Shown here: positions 1 through 9,287 of the stretch, piece by piece
Numbering within the stretch: position 1 is the stretch's first letter
Layout of the letters: every line of letters starts with the position of its first letter
From: an uncultured bacterium
Lineage (GTDB): Bacteria > Bacteroidota > Rhodothermia > Rhodothermales > UBA10348
Assembly (NCBI GenBank): GCA_938018055.1
Contig: CALIKL010000040.1
Span: 89,137-153,136 of the forward strand
Direction: 5' to 3'
Length of the DNA stretch: 64,000 nucleotides
Made by a program: the position numbers and the translations under genes
The notes under the pieces: generated by a model
Databases searched by the model: none
Seen by the model: the letters and a program-made list of their open reading frames with translations, nothing else
Told to the model about the DNA's origin: nothing

Positions 1-740
1 TCATCCCATTTATCCCGGGACAAGCGGTCGATATCGCTGAGCTTCCAGCCTTTCAGTGGATCCGATTCTCGCGAAGTCATACGTGCCCGTTGCGCTTCCC
101 GTGTCACGGAGAACCAGTACTTAAACAGGATGGTGCCTGAACGGACGAGCATGCGCTCCACTTCTGGAGCCTGCCGAAGGAATTCTTTGTATTCCTTGCC
201 AGTACAAAACCCCATCACACGCTCGACACCGGCTCGATTGTACCAGGAACGGTCAAAGAACACAATTTCGCCGGAGGTAGGAAACTGCGCTACATAGCGC
301 TGGAAATACCATTGGCCGCGCTCTTCTTCGGTAGGTTTTTCAAGGGCAACAATGCGGGCACCACGAGGATTGAGGTGCTCCATGAATCGTTTGATCGTAC
401 CTCCTTTACCGGCAGCATCCCGCCCCTCGCAAACCACCATAATGCGCTTGCCCGTCTTCTTGGCCCATCGCTGCACCTTGAGTAATTCGATCTGAAGTAG
501 CCGTTTACGGGTCTCGTAGGCCGCTCGACTCAGTTTTTGCTGATATGGGTAGATGCTGTCCCTGAAAAGGGAATCGATTTCTTCCGGGGTATACCCCAGA
601 TCTTGCCGGACCAAGTCAGTGCGAGACGCTTTTAGCACCAACATGGTTCTGCCTTTCTGTCCAATCCCAAGCTCGGACTCACCCTCTTCTGCGGAAGCAT
701 CTACCTTTTTCAGGTCGAGTACTTTCTTCGATTTACCCAT
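1..740 (-). CDS. ppk2: Polyphosphate kinase 2 (PPK2), partial; the C-terminus lies beyond the window edge
   Basis: Not in the ORF track because it runs off the window. My minus-strand translation from the ATG at 740 reads MGKSKKVLDL...RIMVVCEGRDAAGKGGTIKRFMEHLNPRGARIVAL...FFDRSWYNRAGVERVMGF. The Walker-A GRDAAGKGG and the overall pattern are typical of PPK2. Confidence 0.85.
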   Translation of the reverse strand, partial: MGKSKKVLDLKKVDASAEEGESELGIGQKGRTMLVLKASRTDLVRQDLGYTPEEIDSLFRDSIYPYQQKLSRAAYETRKRLLQIELLKVQRWAKKTGKRIMVVCEGRDAAGKGGTIKRFMEHLNPRGARIVALEKPTEEERGQWYFQRYVAQFPTSGEIVFFDRSWYNRAGVERVMGFCTGKEYKEFLRQAPEVERMLVRSGTILFKYWFSVTREAQRARMTSRESDPLKGWKLSDIDRLSRDKWD

Positions 741-911
741 GGATGTCTGTGTTTTGAACTTGTGACGAACGGAAAAAGGTAGCAAGTCGAGCGAACTCTA
801 ACCCGGATGACCCGACCAATCCAACAACTCGCAAAGTTAACATCGAACCGAGCTGGAAAGGCGCCGTATATGTGCGACTTCACCGAAAGACGTGAAAGCC
901 ACCGGCAAACT

Positions 912-3125
912 ATGCGCTTCTACAGGAATCTGGCTTTTTTCCTGCTTTTGATCGGCTTCCTGAGTCCGATCACAATCTCGGCTCAGTCCTCCTCAAATAC
1001 CGTAGCTCGTCTGTGGAATGAGGCCCTCCTGCAATCCATTCGGGAGGACTTTGCTCGACCTACGGTCCATGCCCGAAATATATTCCACACGTCGGTGCTG
1101 ATGTGGGATGCATGGTCCGCCTATGATGACTCGGCGCAACCGTACATGTTGGGTAACACACTCAACGGCTTTGCTTGCTCTTTTGATGGCATTCCTGACC
1201 CGGGCGATGAGTTGGCAGCGCGACAAAAAGCCATCAGCTATGCTGCCTACCGATTGCTCAGACATCGCTTTGAGAACTCTCCCGGAAAGGAGGCCGCTTT
1301 TGCCCGCTATGATGTGCTCATGAATGAGCTGGGCTATGATCGAACGTTCGAGGAGGTGGATTATGCCACCGGTGAGCCTGCGGCACTCGGCAATTATCTG
1401 GCCCAGTGCATGATCGAGTACGGGACAAATGACGGAGCGAACGAAGGAGAGCTCTATTCCAATCGCCATTATCGTCCAGTCAATCCCCCCCTGGCTCCGC
1501 CGATTTCGGGTAATCCCCATATCCTGGACATGAATCGCTGGCAGCCTTTGTCGTTCGATGTATTCATCGATCAGGCAGGACAGGAAATTCCACTTGGGAC
1601 GCCTGAATTCCTGGGTCCGGAATGGGGGCAGGTCTTTCCGTTCTCCTTGACGCCCGATGATCTGACCATCCATGAGCGGGGTGGGTTCGAGTACTGGGTG
1701 TATCACGATCCGGGTCCTCCGCCGATGCTCGATGTGCTCAACGGTAACGGTCTATCGGACGAGTACAAATGGTCGCATGCCCTGGTCGCCGTTTGGTCGT
1801 CCATGCTTGACCCCGCAGACGGTGTGCAGTGGGATATTTCCCCGGCGCGTATTGGCAATATTCCTTTGAGTCACCTTCCGCGCGACTGGGCCGGACATCG
1901 TGATTTCTACAACCTGTTTGAGGGGTTGGATGCCAGTCAAGGACGTCGCCTCAATCCACACACGGGAGAGCCGTATTGGGCACAGATCGTCCCCAGAGCG
2001 GACTATGCGCGGGTGTTGGCTGAATTCTGGGCTGATGGTCCGGACTCGGAAACGCCTCCGGGTCACTGGTTTACCATTCTCAATTATGTGTCCGATCACC
2101 CGGACCTGAAAAAGCAGTTTCGGGGGAGTGGACCAGTCCTGGACGATCTGGCCTGGGACGTTACGGCCTATTTCGTGCTTGGAGGCACGATGCATGATGC
2201 GGCGATAGCTGCCTGGGGAGCAAAAGGCTGGTACGATTATATCCGCCCCATTTCCGCCATCCGCGGGATGGCCGAGTTCGGCCAAAGCTCAAATCCATCC
2301 GAGCCGCGTTACCATCCTGCGGGCATTCCGCTGATTCCGGGCTACATCGAGCTGGTCGGCGATGACGACCCATTGGCTGGCAGCAACAAAGAGAACCTGT
2401 ACAAGATCAAGGTCCGCAGTTGGCGTGGTCCTGCCTACGTTTTTGATCCAGAAACCGATGTGGGAGGTGTGGACTGGATTCTTGCGGACGATTGGTGGCC
2501 TTATCAGCGACCGAGCTTCGTGACCCCACCTTTTGCAGGATATGTATCCGGTCACTCGACGTTTTCGCGCGCGGCCGCAGAGGCCATGACGCTGCTTACG
2601 GGAGATGAGTATTTCCCCGGTGGCATGGGCGAATTCCTGGCACCAAAGAATGAGTTTCTGGTGTTCGAGGAAGGTCCAAGTGAGGATGTCATCCTGCAGT
2701 GGGCCACCTATCGGGATGCCTCTGATCAGACTAGTTTGTCGCGCATCTGGGGTGGTATCCACCCACCGGCCGACGACATTCCCGGACGTCTGATGGGTCG
2801 CGAGATCGGCATCGATGCCTTTCACTTTGCAGAGCGATTCATCTCTGGTCTCGCCACGGATGTCGAGCGCTCTGAACTGCCCGACGTCCTTGCGGAGCTG
2901 TCAGCCTATCCGAACCCGGTTCGAACCGGGAATCATTTCACTCTGGATGCTTCTCGAACGGGAACGTATGTCTTGGTCGATGTACTGGGCCGTCAGGTGC
3001 GAACGCTGGATCTCTCCAGTGGTCGCAATGTGGTCGATACAGCCGGCCTCGCTTCAGGGATGTATTTCATCCGATCGACCGAACAGCCAGCGAAGCGCGG
3101 AGCCAGCCTCGTCGTGACGCGATAA
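912..3125 (+). CDS. Secreted PAP2 / vanadium-dependent haloperoxidase-like protein with a type IX secretion C-terminal sorting domain
   Basis: ORF 807-3125. I moved the start to M36 (912), where a signal peptide begins (MRFYRNLAFFLLLIGFLSPITISAQS). All three PAP2/V-haloperoxidase motifs are present: KGWYDYIRP (Kx6RP), VSGHS (PSGH) and SRIWGGIHPPAD (SRx5Hx3D). The C-terminal ~75 aa (SAYPNPV...VLVDVLGRQV...GMYFIR) look like a T9SS CTD. Confidence 0.75.
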   Translation: MRFYRNLAFFLLLIGFLSPITISAQSSSNTVARLWNEALLQSIREDFARPTVHARNIFHTSVLMWDAWSAYDDSAQPYMLGNTLNGFACSFDGIPDPGDELAARQKAISYAAYRLLRHRFENSPGKEAAFARYDVLMNELGYDRTFEEVDYATGEPAALGNYLAQCMIEYGTNDGANEGELYSNRHYRPVNPPLAPPISGNPHILDMNRWQPLSFDVFIDQAGQEIPLGTPEFLGPEWGQVFPFSLTPDDLTIHERGGFEYWVYHDPGPPPMLDVLNGNGLSDEYKWSHALVAVWSSMLDPADGVQWDISPARIGNIPLSHLPRDWAGHRDFYNLFEGLDASQGRRLNPHTGEPYWAQIVPRADYARVLAEFWADGPDSETPPGHWFTILNYVSDHPDLKKQFRGSGPVLDDLAWDVTAYFVLGGTMHDAAIAAWGAKGWYDYIRPISAIRGMAEFGQSSNPSEPRYHPAGIPLIPGYIELVGDDDPLAGSNKENLYKIKVRSWRGPAYVFDPETDVGGVDWILADDWWPYQRPSFVTPPFAGYVSGHSTFSRAAAEAMTLLTGDEYFPGGMGEFLAPKNEFLVFEEGPSEDVILQWATYRDASDQTSLSRIWGGIHPPADDIPGRLMGREIGIDAFHFAERFISGLATDVERSELPDVLAELSAYPNPVRTGNHFTLDASRTGTYVLVDVLGRQVRTLDLSSGRNVVDTAGLASGMYFIRSTEQPAKRGASLVVTR

Positions 3126-3129
3126 CGGA

Positions 3130-3516
3130 TCAGCTCTGGTGCTTCATTTCGCGGCCTTTGACGATGACGAAGGCAATAAGGGCGAACACGAAAAAGACCA
3201 GCAGCATCCAGGCGACACTTTGCAGCGTACCTACGATGGCACGGTAAATCTCCATGGTCCACGCCTCTGCGGTAAGGGCGGCAACGACGCCATCTTTCGG
3301 GGCAATCAGGTACTTCTCAAAATCCCAGACCCGTACGCCGCCCGAAATACCGACGACATAGACGGCAAACGTGAGGTAGCGGGCCCAGGCATTCGAAACA
3401 TCCTCGCCGATGATGCGGTCAAGGATTTGTTGAATGGGGTTTTGAAATATCCGCGTCAAAATCCACGAGACCGTTACGGCCAGGGCAAACGTGACTGCAA
3501 GGAGAAAAATGAACAT
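3130..3516 (-). CDS. Hypothetical small membrane protein (about 3 TM helices)
   Basis: 128-aa ORF with hydrophobic N-terminal, middle and C-terminal helices. It is last in the same-strand run after the thioesterase. I recognise no family. Confidence 0.5.
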   Translation of the reverse strand: MFIFLLAVTFALAVTVSWILTRIFQNPIQQILDRIIGEDVSNAWARYLTFAVYVVGISGGVRVWDFEKYLIAPKDGVVAALTAEAWTMEIYRAIVGTLQSVAWMLLVFFVFALIAFVIVKGREMKHQS

Positions 3517-3545
3517 GGGGCCTCTCTGTTTTGATCATGTAGCGA

Positions 3546-3965
3546 TCACGACTCCTGTTCCGCATCGAAGTACATGGACATCAGTCTTTCCGGAATGGCA
3601 GATGGTCTACCCGATTCCCGATTCAGACATACCCAGTTCGTCTCTCCCGATGCCATCAAGGCGTCGTCCCGCGTACGACGGAATTCGTACCGCCGAACGG
3701 AGGAAACGCGCTCGACAGAGCCCACCCAGGTCATGAGTTGGATCTCGTCGCCTTCGAGGATCGGAATCCTGTATTCGATATGATGTGAGCGCACGACCCA
3801 GATCAATCCAGCCGCCGCAGCCCGCACATCAGCGCCGAGATGTTGGGTATGCCGAATGGCGATTTCCTGCATCCAACGGACGTATTCCACATTGTTCACA
3901 TGACCGTTGATGTCAATGGACTCGCGACCAACGGTAAATGTCCATGCGTAACGGTTGGGAATCAT
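3546..3965 (-). CDS. Acyl-CoA thioesterase, hotdog fold (4HBT/YbgC-like)
   Basis: 139 aa. The N-terminal pattern ...FTVGRESIDINGHVNNVEYVRWMQE... is typical of 4HBT/YbgC thioesterases. Its ATG overlaps the upstream stop by 4 nt (3962-3965). Confidence 0.75.
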   Translation of the reverse strand: MIPNRYAWTFTVGRESIDINGHVNNVEYVRWMQEIAIRHTQHLGADVRAAAAGLIWVVRSHHIEYRIPILEGDEIQLMTWVGSVERVSSVRRYEFRRTRDDALMASGETNWVCLNRESGRPSAIPERLMSMYFDAEQES

Positions 3966-4237
3966 GAAGCAGGGGATTCAGAAGGGGGGATGTCGGAATT
4001 CCGATGCCGGAACCAAAGCACGATACCCCACAAACTGATCAAGATCCAAAAGACCTCAATGACGACCGACGCAAGATTGAAGCTGTAGCGCAAGGATACC
4101 AGAATCATCGCCGCGCCGATCAGATTCATGACCGAGTAGGATAGCTGCTCGGAGCGCATCTTGCGCGTCTGGACGGCTCCATAGGCCAGGATGATCAGAG
4201 CGACTCCAATCGTTCCTATGATGTCGAACCACGCCAC
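3962..4237 (-). CDS. Small integral membrane protein (3 TM), unknown function
   Basis: 91 aa with three clear hydrophobic helices. It is tightly packed between the IMPase-family gene (2-nt gap) and the thioesterase (4-nt overlap). Confidence 0.55.
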   Translation of the reverse strand: MAWFDIIGTIGVALIILAYGAVQTRKMRSEQLSYSVMNLIGAAMILVSLRYSFNLASVVIEVFWILISLWGIVLWFRHRNSDIPPSESPAS

Positions 4238-4239
4238 GA

Positions 4240-5055
4240 TCAGTGTCCTTTCAATGTGTTCAGCATGTCGGAGAGTAAATCCGGATTCGCTGCAGTGACC
4301 AGATTAGGGGCATGCACCATGTCCTCGGTGCTTCCGGAGATGTCACTCAGTACACCCCCCGCTTCCAGGATGCACGGAATCAGTGCGGCGTTGTCCCACG
4401 GGTTCATCTTGGGATCGACGGCGCCGTCCAGCAGGCCCCGTGCAACCCACGCATGCTGAAGGCAGTCTCCTACGAATCGGAATTTTTTGGCCCGGCGAAT
4501 CAGGCTGGACATGGATGGAACGGTGTCATCTCCGCGCGGATCGACATCGGTGTTGTACAGACCGGTCGTGGACAGATACGCTTCTTCGACGCGTTCCACT
4601 CCTTGCGAAACCCTGACCTGTTCCAATTCACCCAATCGATTCAAGTACCAGCATCCGCTTCCCAGTTCAGCGTAAACGGTCTCCTTGAGTCCGGGCATAT
4701 TGATCACGCCCAGAACGGGGTGTCCGTTGCGCAACAGGGCGATGAGAGTACCAAATGTGGGAAGTCCCAAGGCAAAGGACGACGTTCCGTCAATGGGATC
4801 CAGGACCCAGCACAACTCCGCCTCCGGATTGATGTTGTCCTGCTCTTCTCCCATGATCCCATGGTCCGGGTAGCGCGCCTGAATCAGCTCCCGCATGACC
4901 CGTTCTGCCTCGGTATCTGCTTCCGTCACAGGAGAGCCGTCAGCCTTTGACCGAACGTCTGTCCGTTGGAAACGGGGCACTATTTCTTGGGCAGCTGTCC
5001 CGGCCAACTCCAGAGCGAATTGGAGGTAGGGACTCATTTTCGACGCTTCACTCAT
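4240..5055 (-). CDS. Inositol monophosphatase family protein (SuhB/HisN-like)
   Basis: 271 aa with IMGEE, WVLDPIDGTSSF and WDNAALIPCILEAGG motifs, the IMPase/FBPase-fold metal-binding signatures. Confidence 0.85.
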   Translation of the reverse strand: MSEASKMSPYLQFALELAGTAAQEIVPRFQRTDVRSKADGSPVTEADTEAERVMRELIQARYPDHGIMGEEQDNINPEAELCWVLDPIDGTSSFALGLPTFGTLIALLRNGHPVLGVINMPGLKETVYAELGSGCWYLNRLGELEQVRVSQGVERVEEAYLSTTGLYNTDVDPRGDDTVPSMSSLIRRAKKFRFVGDCLQHAWVARGLLDGAVDPKMNPWDNAALIPCILEAGGVLSDISGSTEDMVHAPNLVTAANPDLLSDMLNTLKGH

Positions 5056-5093
5056 TGTAGGTCAATCGGAAAAGCAGGGTAAAAAGAGGAGGG

Positions 5094-6275
5094 TCAATCG
5101 ACGTTGAATGAAACGCTCCATCGCGTGGTGTCCCAGGAAAGGCTGATGATTCCTCCGTCTTCGACCTCGGTGACATCAATCAGGAATCGTTCCTGAACAT
5201 CTTCGAGCGCTTCGGACGTCATGGGAAGAGAGAACAGGTCCCGTTCAGCGTCGTGCGCGGTACCCCATTGACTGGTCTGCTCGTTCAGGATGAGTGAAAA
5301 GGCGCCATCCTGGTAAAGCGACCAAAGTGTGTACGTTCCAGCCGGTAGCTCATGCTCGCCAAAGGTCAGGTCGCGACTGGTAGTAAAATGGGTGGCAGCA
5401 TTGGCACCGGTCCGCCAGATGGAACCGTTTGGAACCAGATTGCCCCAAATATCGCGTCCGCGCTTGGCCGGCTGGGAGTAATTAACCTCGATATCTGCGC
5501 CATCGACTGTGGCATGGGTTGTGGCCGCTGGGCTGGGCGTGCCCATACCCTGTCCGGCCGCGTCCATCGCACCCCAACGGTCAGCCATTGACCCGACCAG
5601 GAAGGCCTCTACTCGGTGGCTTACCGATGAATTGGTTGTACCCGCACCGGAGATTGCAAGCAGTTGCCCAGAGCCGTCCGTCCATGCTCTACGGGCTTGC
5701 CCGAAGTACTCCATGGCCACCGTGTCACCTGCCACTACAGTGGCCTTGTTTTCTGCCGGTAGGCGTCCGGTAGGTCCGAGAATCATGGTGGATTCCGCAC
5801 CATCCAGCAGGCGGTTGGCTACCTCTTCAAAGGCAAACGCCGATGCGGCGGTGCGGCCAAGCGTCAAGATGGTCCCCGAAGGCACGTAGACCGTGCTGGA
5901 ACCGGGGTTCTGGCCACCATAGCGCTCAACCAAGGCCGAATCTCCCTGTACGGTGACACGGCCGCCTTGCATGGCAGGACCATCTGGATTCGTCGTCGGA
6001 ACGTGCGTGGACCAAAGGAGCCCGGAAAAAGAACCATCTTCGGAAATGTCGACCCGGTACTCCGTCATCCGCGTAAACGGAGAGCGTTCCACCAATGTGC
6101 CTTCAATAGAGGTTTTCGTTCGCAGGTAGACTTCGACCGATACGGTATCTGCACCCAGCGTGGTGACGAAAGCTCGAGGCTCCTCTGGATCAGGAGTCCA
6201 TCCGGAATCGGATACACAACCTGACAGTAAAAAGGCCGCAACAAGGCAGAGGGCCGGGAGTCGCTGGAAAGTCAT
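5094..6275 (-). CDS. Lipoprotein with a C-terminal DUF2911 domain
   Basis: ORF 5094-6323. I moved the start to M17 (6275), giving the lipobox MTFQRLPALCLVAAFLLSGC. The C-terminal region DIWGNLVPNGSIWRTGANAATHFTTSRDLTFGEHELPAGTYTLWSL matches the DUF2911 pattern. Confidence 0.7.
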   Translation of the reverse strand: MTFQRLPALCLVAAFLLSGCVSDSGWTPDPEEPRAFVTTLGADTVSVEVYLRTKTSIEGTLVERSPFTRMTEYRVDISEDGSFSGLLWSTHVPTTNPDGPAMQGGRVTVQGDSALVERYGGQNPGSSTVYVPSGTILTLGRTAASAFAFEEVANRLLDGAESTMILGPTGRLPAENKATVVAGDTVAMEYFGQARRAWTDGSGQLLAISGAGTTNSSVSHRVEAFLVGSMADRWGAMDAAGQGMGTPSPAATTHATVDGADIEVNYSQPAKRGRDIWGNLVPNGSIWRTGANAATHFTTSRDLTFGEHELPAGTYTLWSLYQDGAFSLILNEQTSQWGTAHDAERDLFSLPMTSEALEDVQERFLIDVTEVEDGGIISLSWDTTRWSVSFNVD

Positions 6276-6389
6276 GGCAGTGACGGTTTGAGGAGGGAAA
6301 GAATGGGTCCTACGACCCGTCACCCCGTCTGTTCAACCGCAGTGGCTCCGAAACTGGGAGGGAGCGGGACATCCAGGAAACATGGCCCG

Positions 6390-6773
6390 CTATACCGTCT
6401 CTTTCATGATGGTTAGGATGGTCGATTGAACTTCGTCGGCGATCGCAGCAAGGCGTTCATCATCCGACAGCATCTTGAGCATGTCTGAAGGGTTGATCAT
6501 CCCCACTTTGGTCTCCCCATCTTGCGAATAAATAGAAACGCGACAAGGAAGGGCCATGTTGATTTCGAGATCGATATCAAGCACGTTGGTCGCATGCCCG
6601 GGATTGCAGATTTCGTAGACACGAATCTCTTCGGCGCGCTCGAAGCCCTTACTTTCAAGCGTTTCCTTGAGATTGTACACGTGCAGCACGCCAAACCCGT
6701 TGCGGGAGCATGCTTCTTCCAAATCAGCAGCAGTCTGGTCGACGGACTTTCCTGTCGAAAGAATCGTTTTCAT
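6390..6773 (-). CDS. DUF302 domain protein
   Basis: 127 aa. The size and pattern (...FGVLHVYNLKETLESKGF...EICNP...ALPCRVSIY...) are typical of DUF302. Confidence 0.65.
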   Translation of the reverse strand: MKTILSTGKSVDQTAADLEEACSRNGFGVLHVYNLKETLESKGFERAEEIRVYEICNPGHATNVLDIDLEINMALPCRVSIYSQDGETKVGMINPSDMLKMLSDDERLAAIADEVQSTILTIMKETV

Positions 6774-6895
6774 GGGTAGGTCGAATGAGAGTCAAGAATG
6801 TCAGTTGAGCGGTAGGGGGAAGGCAACCTATTGGCAAGCCCATTGGCCTTCCAGCGGGGAATTCCTTACATCCATCAAGCCAGGGAGATCCAGTT

Positions 6896-7543
6896 CTACT
6901 CCGCGCTTGCCGATTCGATGATGGCCAGAATCGTCGCGACGGTCTCTCGACCACCGTCCGCTTCGTACCAAGCAAATTTCTCCCGGACGAATGCCCGACT
7001 GGGCAGGTCAGCGCCGTCGGTTTCAACCCATGTCTTGAGCCCCTCCGGTCTTTCAATGAACGCGCCAACCGGTTCAAACCGTTCGTTCAGGACCAGAACA
7101 GTCGGTGTGGAAGCTCGCCCGTCGTTCGTTCGATGTGCCTCCATGATGGGCCGTCCCGACTCCGGAAGCACAATGCGCATGCTTATCTGGTCGGAGTAGT
7201 TTGCCAGATGCGCCAGATAAGGAATGGTGGAAACGGAATCGCTGCATCCATCAATTGCCACTGCCAACAAGTACCACGATCCCGTGAGTCGGTCTGCTCG
7301 AGCGGTCCAGGCATCATCGGGAGTGCCGTCACCGTAATTGGATACCCACCGTTCTCGGCGGGCCTGGGCTTCGTCAAGAAACTGGCCGAATGCCGTGCCG
7401 GATTGGTAAAGGGAGTCCAGCCACACAGGATCCGAAGTGCGATCCAGAACGGTCTCCTCCGATACGGGCATATTGTCCGTTTGCCCCCACGCCAACGAGG
7501 GCACGAGAATCAGGACCAAGAGACCCGGAAGGAAACGGATCAA
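6896..7543 (-). CDS. Secreted thioredoxin-like family protein
   Basis: 215 aa with signal peptide MIRFLPGLLVLILVPSLAWGQ and a thioredoxin-like CxxS site (IDGCSDSV). Its TTG start forms a TTGA overlap with the upstream stop at 7540-7543. Confidence 0.6.
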   Translation of the reverse strand: MIRFLPGLLVLILVPSLAWGQTDNMPVSEETVLDRTSDPVWLDSLYQSGTAFGQFLDEAQARRERWVSNYGDGTPDDAWTARADRLTGSWYLLAVAIDGCSDSVSTIPYLAHLANYSDQISMRIVLPESGRPIMEAHRTNDGRASTPTVLVLNERFEPVGAFIERPEGLKTWVETDGADLPSRAFVREKFAWYEADGGRETVATILAIIESASAE

Positions 7544-8268
7544 GAGCCCGTCCTCCCACCAAATACACGCTGCAGCAATGCCGATGTCCGAGCCACTGGA
7601 TCTTCTCGGATGCGTTGCTCCTCTGAGGCCAACGTAGAGAACATGCCATCGAGCGTCTGTGAGACCACATGTGACTCCAGATTGAATTCGACAGGCCGCA
7701 CGAGCGGAATAGCATTGTAGCGTGTCACGAGGTCCTCGTAGACAGGTACGACGCCCAATTGCTGCATCACGTCAACCACGACCGGCCCGAACCGACTGGT
7801 CAGCTCCTGCGCAGTCCGGTCCCTGAAGTACATCGTGGCTGCGTTCTCAGGACCGTTCAAAATACCGAAGGCATCCTGAATGGTCATCTCTCGAATGGCA
7901 TCTGCAAATACATCAATCGCCAATCCTGCGGCCTGCTCAGCCGCTGTGTTCATCTGGTCCTCGAATCGGTCAACCTGATCCCCGGACCCTACTGTTCGCA
8001 GTCGATTCGTCATGGTCTCCAGATTCTCCGGGATGGGGATGCGCAGCAAGTCGTTCGCCCCGAAGCCTCCTTCAGCAGACAGCGTTTCGACAGCGCGTCC
8101 TGTTCCGACACTCAACGCTTCGCGCAGGCCGGAAGCGACGGTCTCTTCGTCCAACGGGGCCTCCACAGCGAGCATGTCGCTGAGTGCTGCCACATCGATG
8201 GATGCACAACCCGGGAGGAATACCAGGGTTGCAGCAAGAAGAGCAGGAGCCAGTTGTTTTCGAAACAT
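7540..8268 (-). CDS. DUF4197 family lipoprotein
   Basis: 242 aa with lipobox LVFLPGCAS. The pattern GLREALSVGTGRAVETLSAEGGF...LRIPIPENL is typical of DUF4197. Confidence 0.65.
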   Translation of the reverse strand: MFRKQLAPALLAATLVFLPGCASIDVAALSDMLAVEAPLDEETVASGLREALSVGTGRAVETLSAEGGFGANDLLRIPIPENLETMTNRLRTVGSGDQVDRFEDQMNTAAEQAAGLAIDVFADAIREMTIQDAFGILNGPENAATMYFRDRTAQELTSRFGPVVVDVMQQLGVVPVYEDLVTRYNAIPLVRPVEFNLESHVVSQTLDGMFSTLASEEQRIREDPVARTSALLQRVFGGRTGS

Positions 8269-8275
8269 GGGGAGT

Positions 8276-8659
8276 CTATTTGGTTGATACCAGCCGTCCG
8301 CCGTAAAGCGTGGCTGGAACGATGAAGATCAGGAAGGCAATGTGCCACCAGGCTGGAAGGAGTTTCCATGCCATGGATTGGACGACAATACCGGTTACAA
8401 GATTGACTATGGCCAGTGCCTTTACCGCGGTACCAGCATGATCCAATCCGAATCGCGCACTGCCATATCCAGACAGGATGGAGACCGGAATGCTCAGAAC
8501 CAGATAAACAACCAGCGTGAGGGTGTCCGTCAGGGGCTCTCCCAGGGTGAACGAGTCGGAGAAGATAGCAGCCATGGCCAGGCCAAGCACATTCCAGACA
8601 ATTCCGTATAGCAACCATCCAACGAGGACGGCCAGTACGATGCGCACATTCTCGTTCAT
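8276..8659 (-). CDS. Hypothetical membrane protein (4 TM)
   Basis: 127 aa with four hydrophobic helices. It lies 7 nt upstream of the DUF4197 gene on the same strand. Confidence 0.5.
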   Translation of the reverse strand: MNENVRIVLAVLVGWLLYGIVWNVLGLAMAAIFSDSFTLGEPLTDTLTLVVYLVLSIPVSILSGYGSARFGLDHAGTAVKALAIVNLVTGIVVQSMAWKLLPAWWHIAFLIFIVPATLYGGRLVSTK

Positions 8660-8878
8660 GACAGGGGTGGGTCGGATTTCACAGCCCGAATATCCGTGTT
8701 CCGTGTAGCCTCTGCAACCAGTCTCGGTCAGCGATTTCCTTTTAGAAGATCCTTTCGCAAAAGCTCAGGAAACTTCTCGATTGCATAGCGCAACAAGGTT
8801 CTTGGCATGTCCACATAGTGAGCATCCAGAAAGGCGACTTCAAGATCGAATGCTCGGTTACCCACCTCTCGAAGCGCC

Positions 8879-9277
8879 TCAGAGGTCGTAGCCTTCTGCT
8901 TTCAGGACTTTCAGCGCCCGATCCAGATCGGAATTCTTGACAAGGATGTAGTCCGTGTCAAACGTGGAAATGGCAAAGATGCTGATACGTTCACGCGCCA
9001 ACGTATCAGAAATCCGTGCTAGAATACCAACCAACGTAAAATCGAGCGGTCCGACTACCTGAAAGCACGCCCAGTCCGGTTCAGATTGCTCGCTTTGAAC
9101 GAACACATCGCTATGACACACGATGGAGAGTTCGTCTTCGGTTTGGGCCATGAACCAAGGTTGGGAGTCCAGAACGGCCGAAGGAATAGCCATGTCCGGA
9201 TGCAACCGATGTACGACGAAAGAGCCTGGAAGCAGTCGAAGGGTCAAGTTCGGAGAGGTCGGCATATGCTGGAGCAA
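8879..9277 (-). CDS. ACT domain-containing protein
   Basis: 132 aa. WACFQVVGPLDFTLVGILARISDTLARERISIFAISTFDTDYILV is the classic ACT pattern. It starts 10 nt after the GT2 stop. Confidence 0.7.
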   Translation of the reverse strand: MLQHMPTSPNLTLRLLPGSFVVHRLHPDMAIPSAVLDSQPWFMAQTEDELSIVCHSDVFVQSEQSEPDWACFQVVGPLDFTLVGILARISDTLARERISIFAISTFDTDYILVKNSDLDRALKVLKAEGYDL

Positions 9278-9287
9278 TCAGGAAAGG

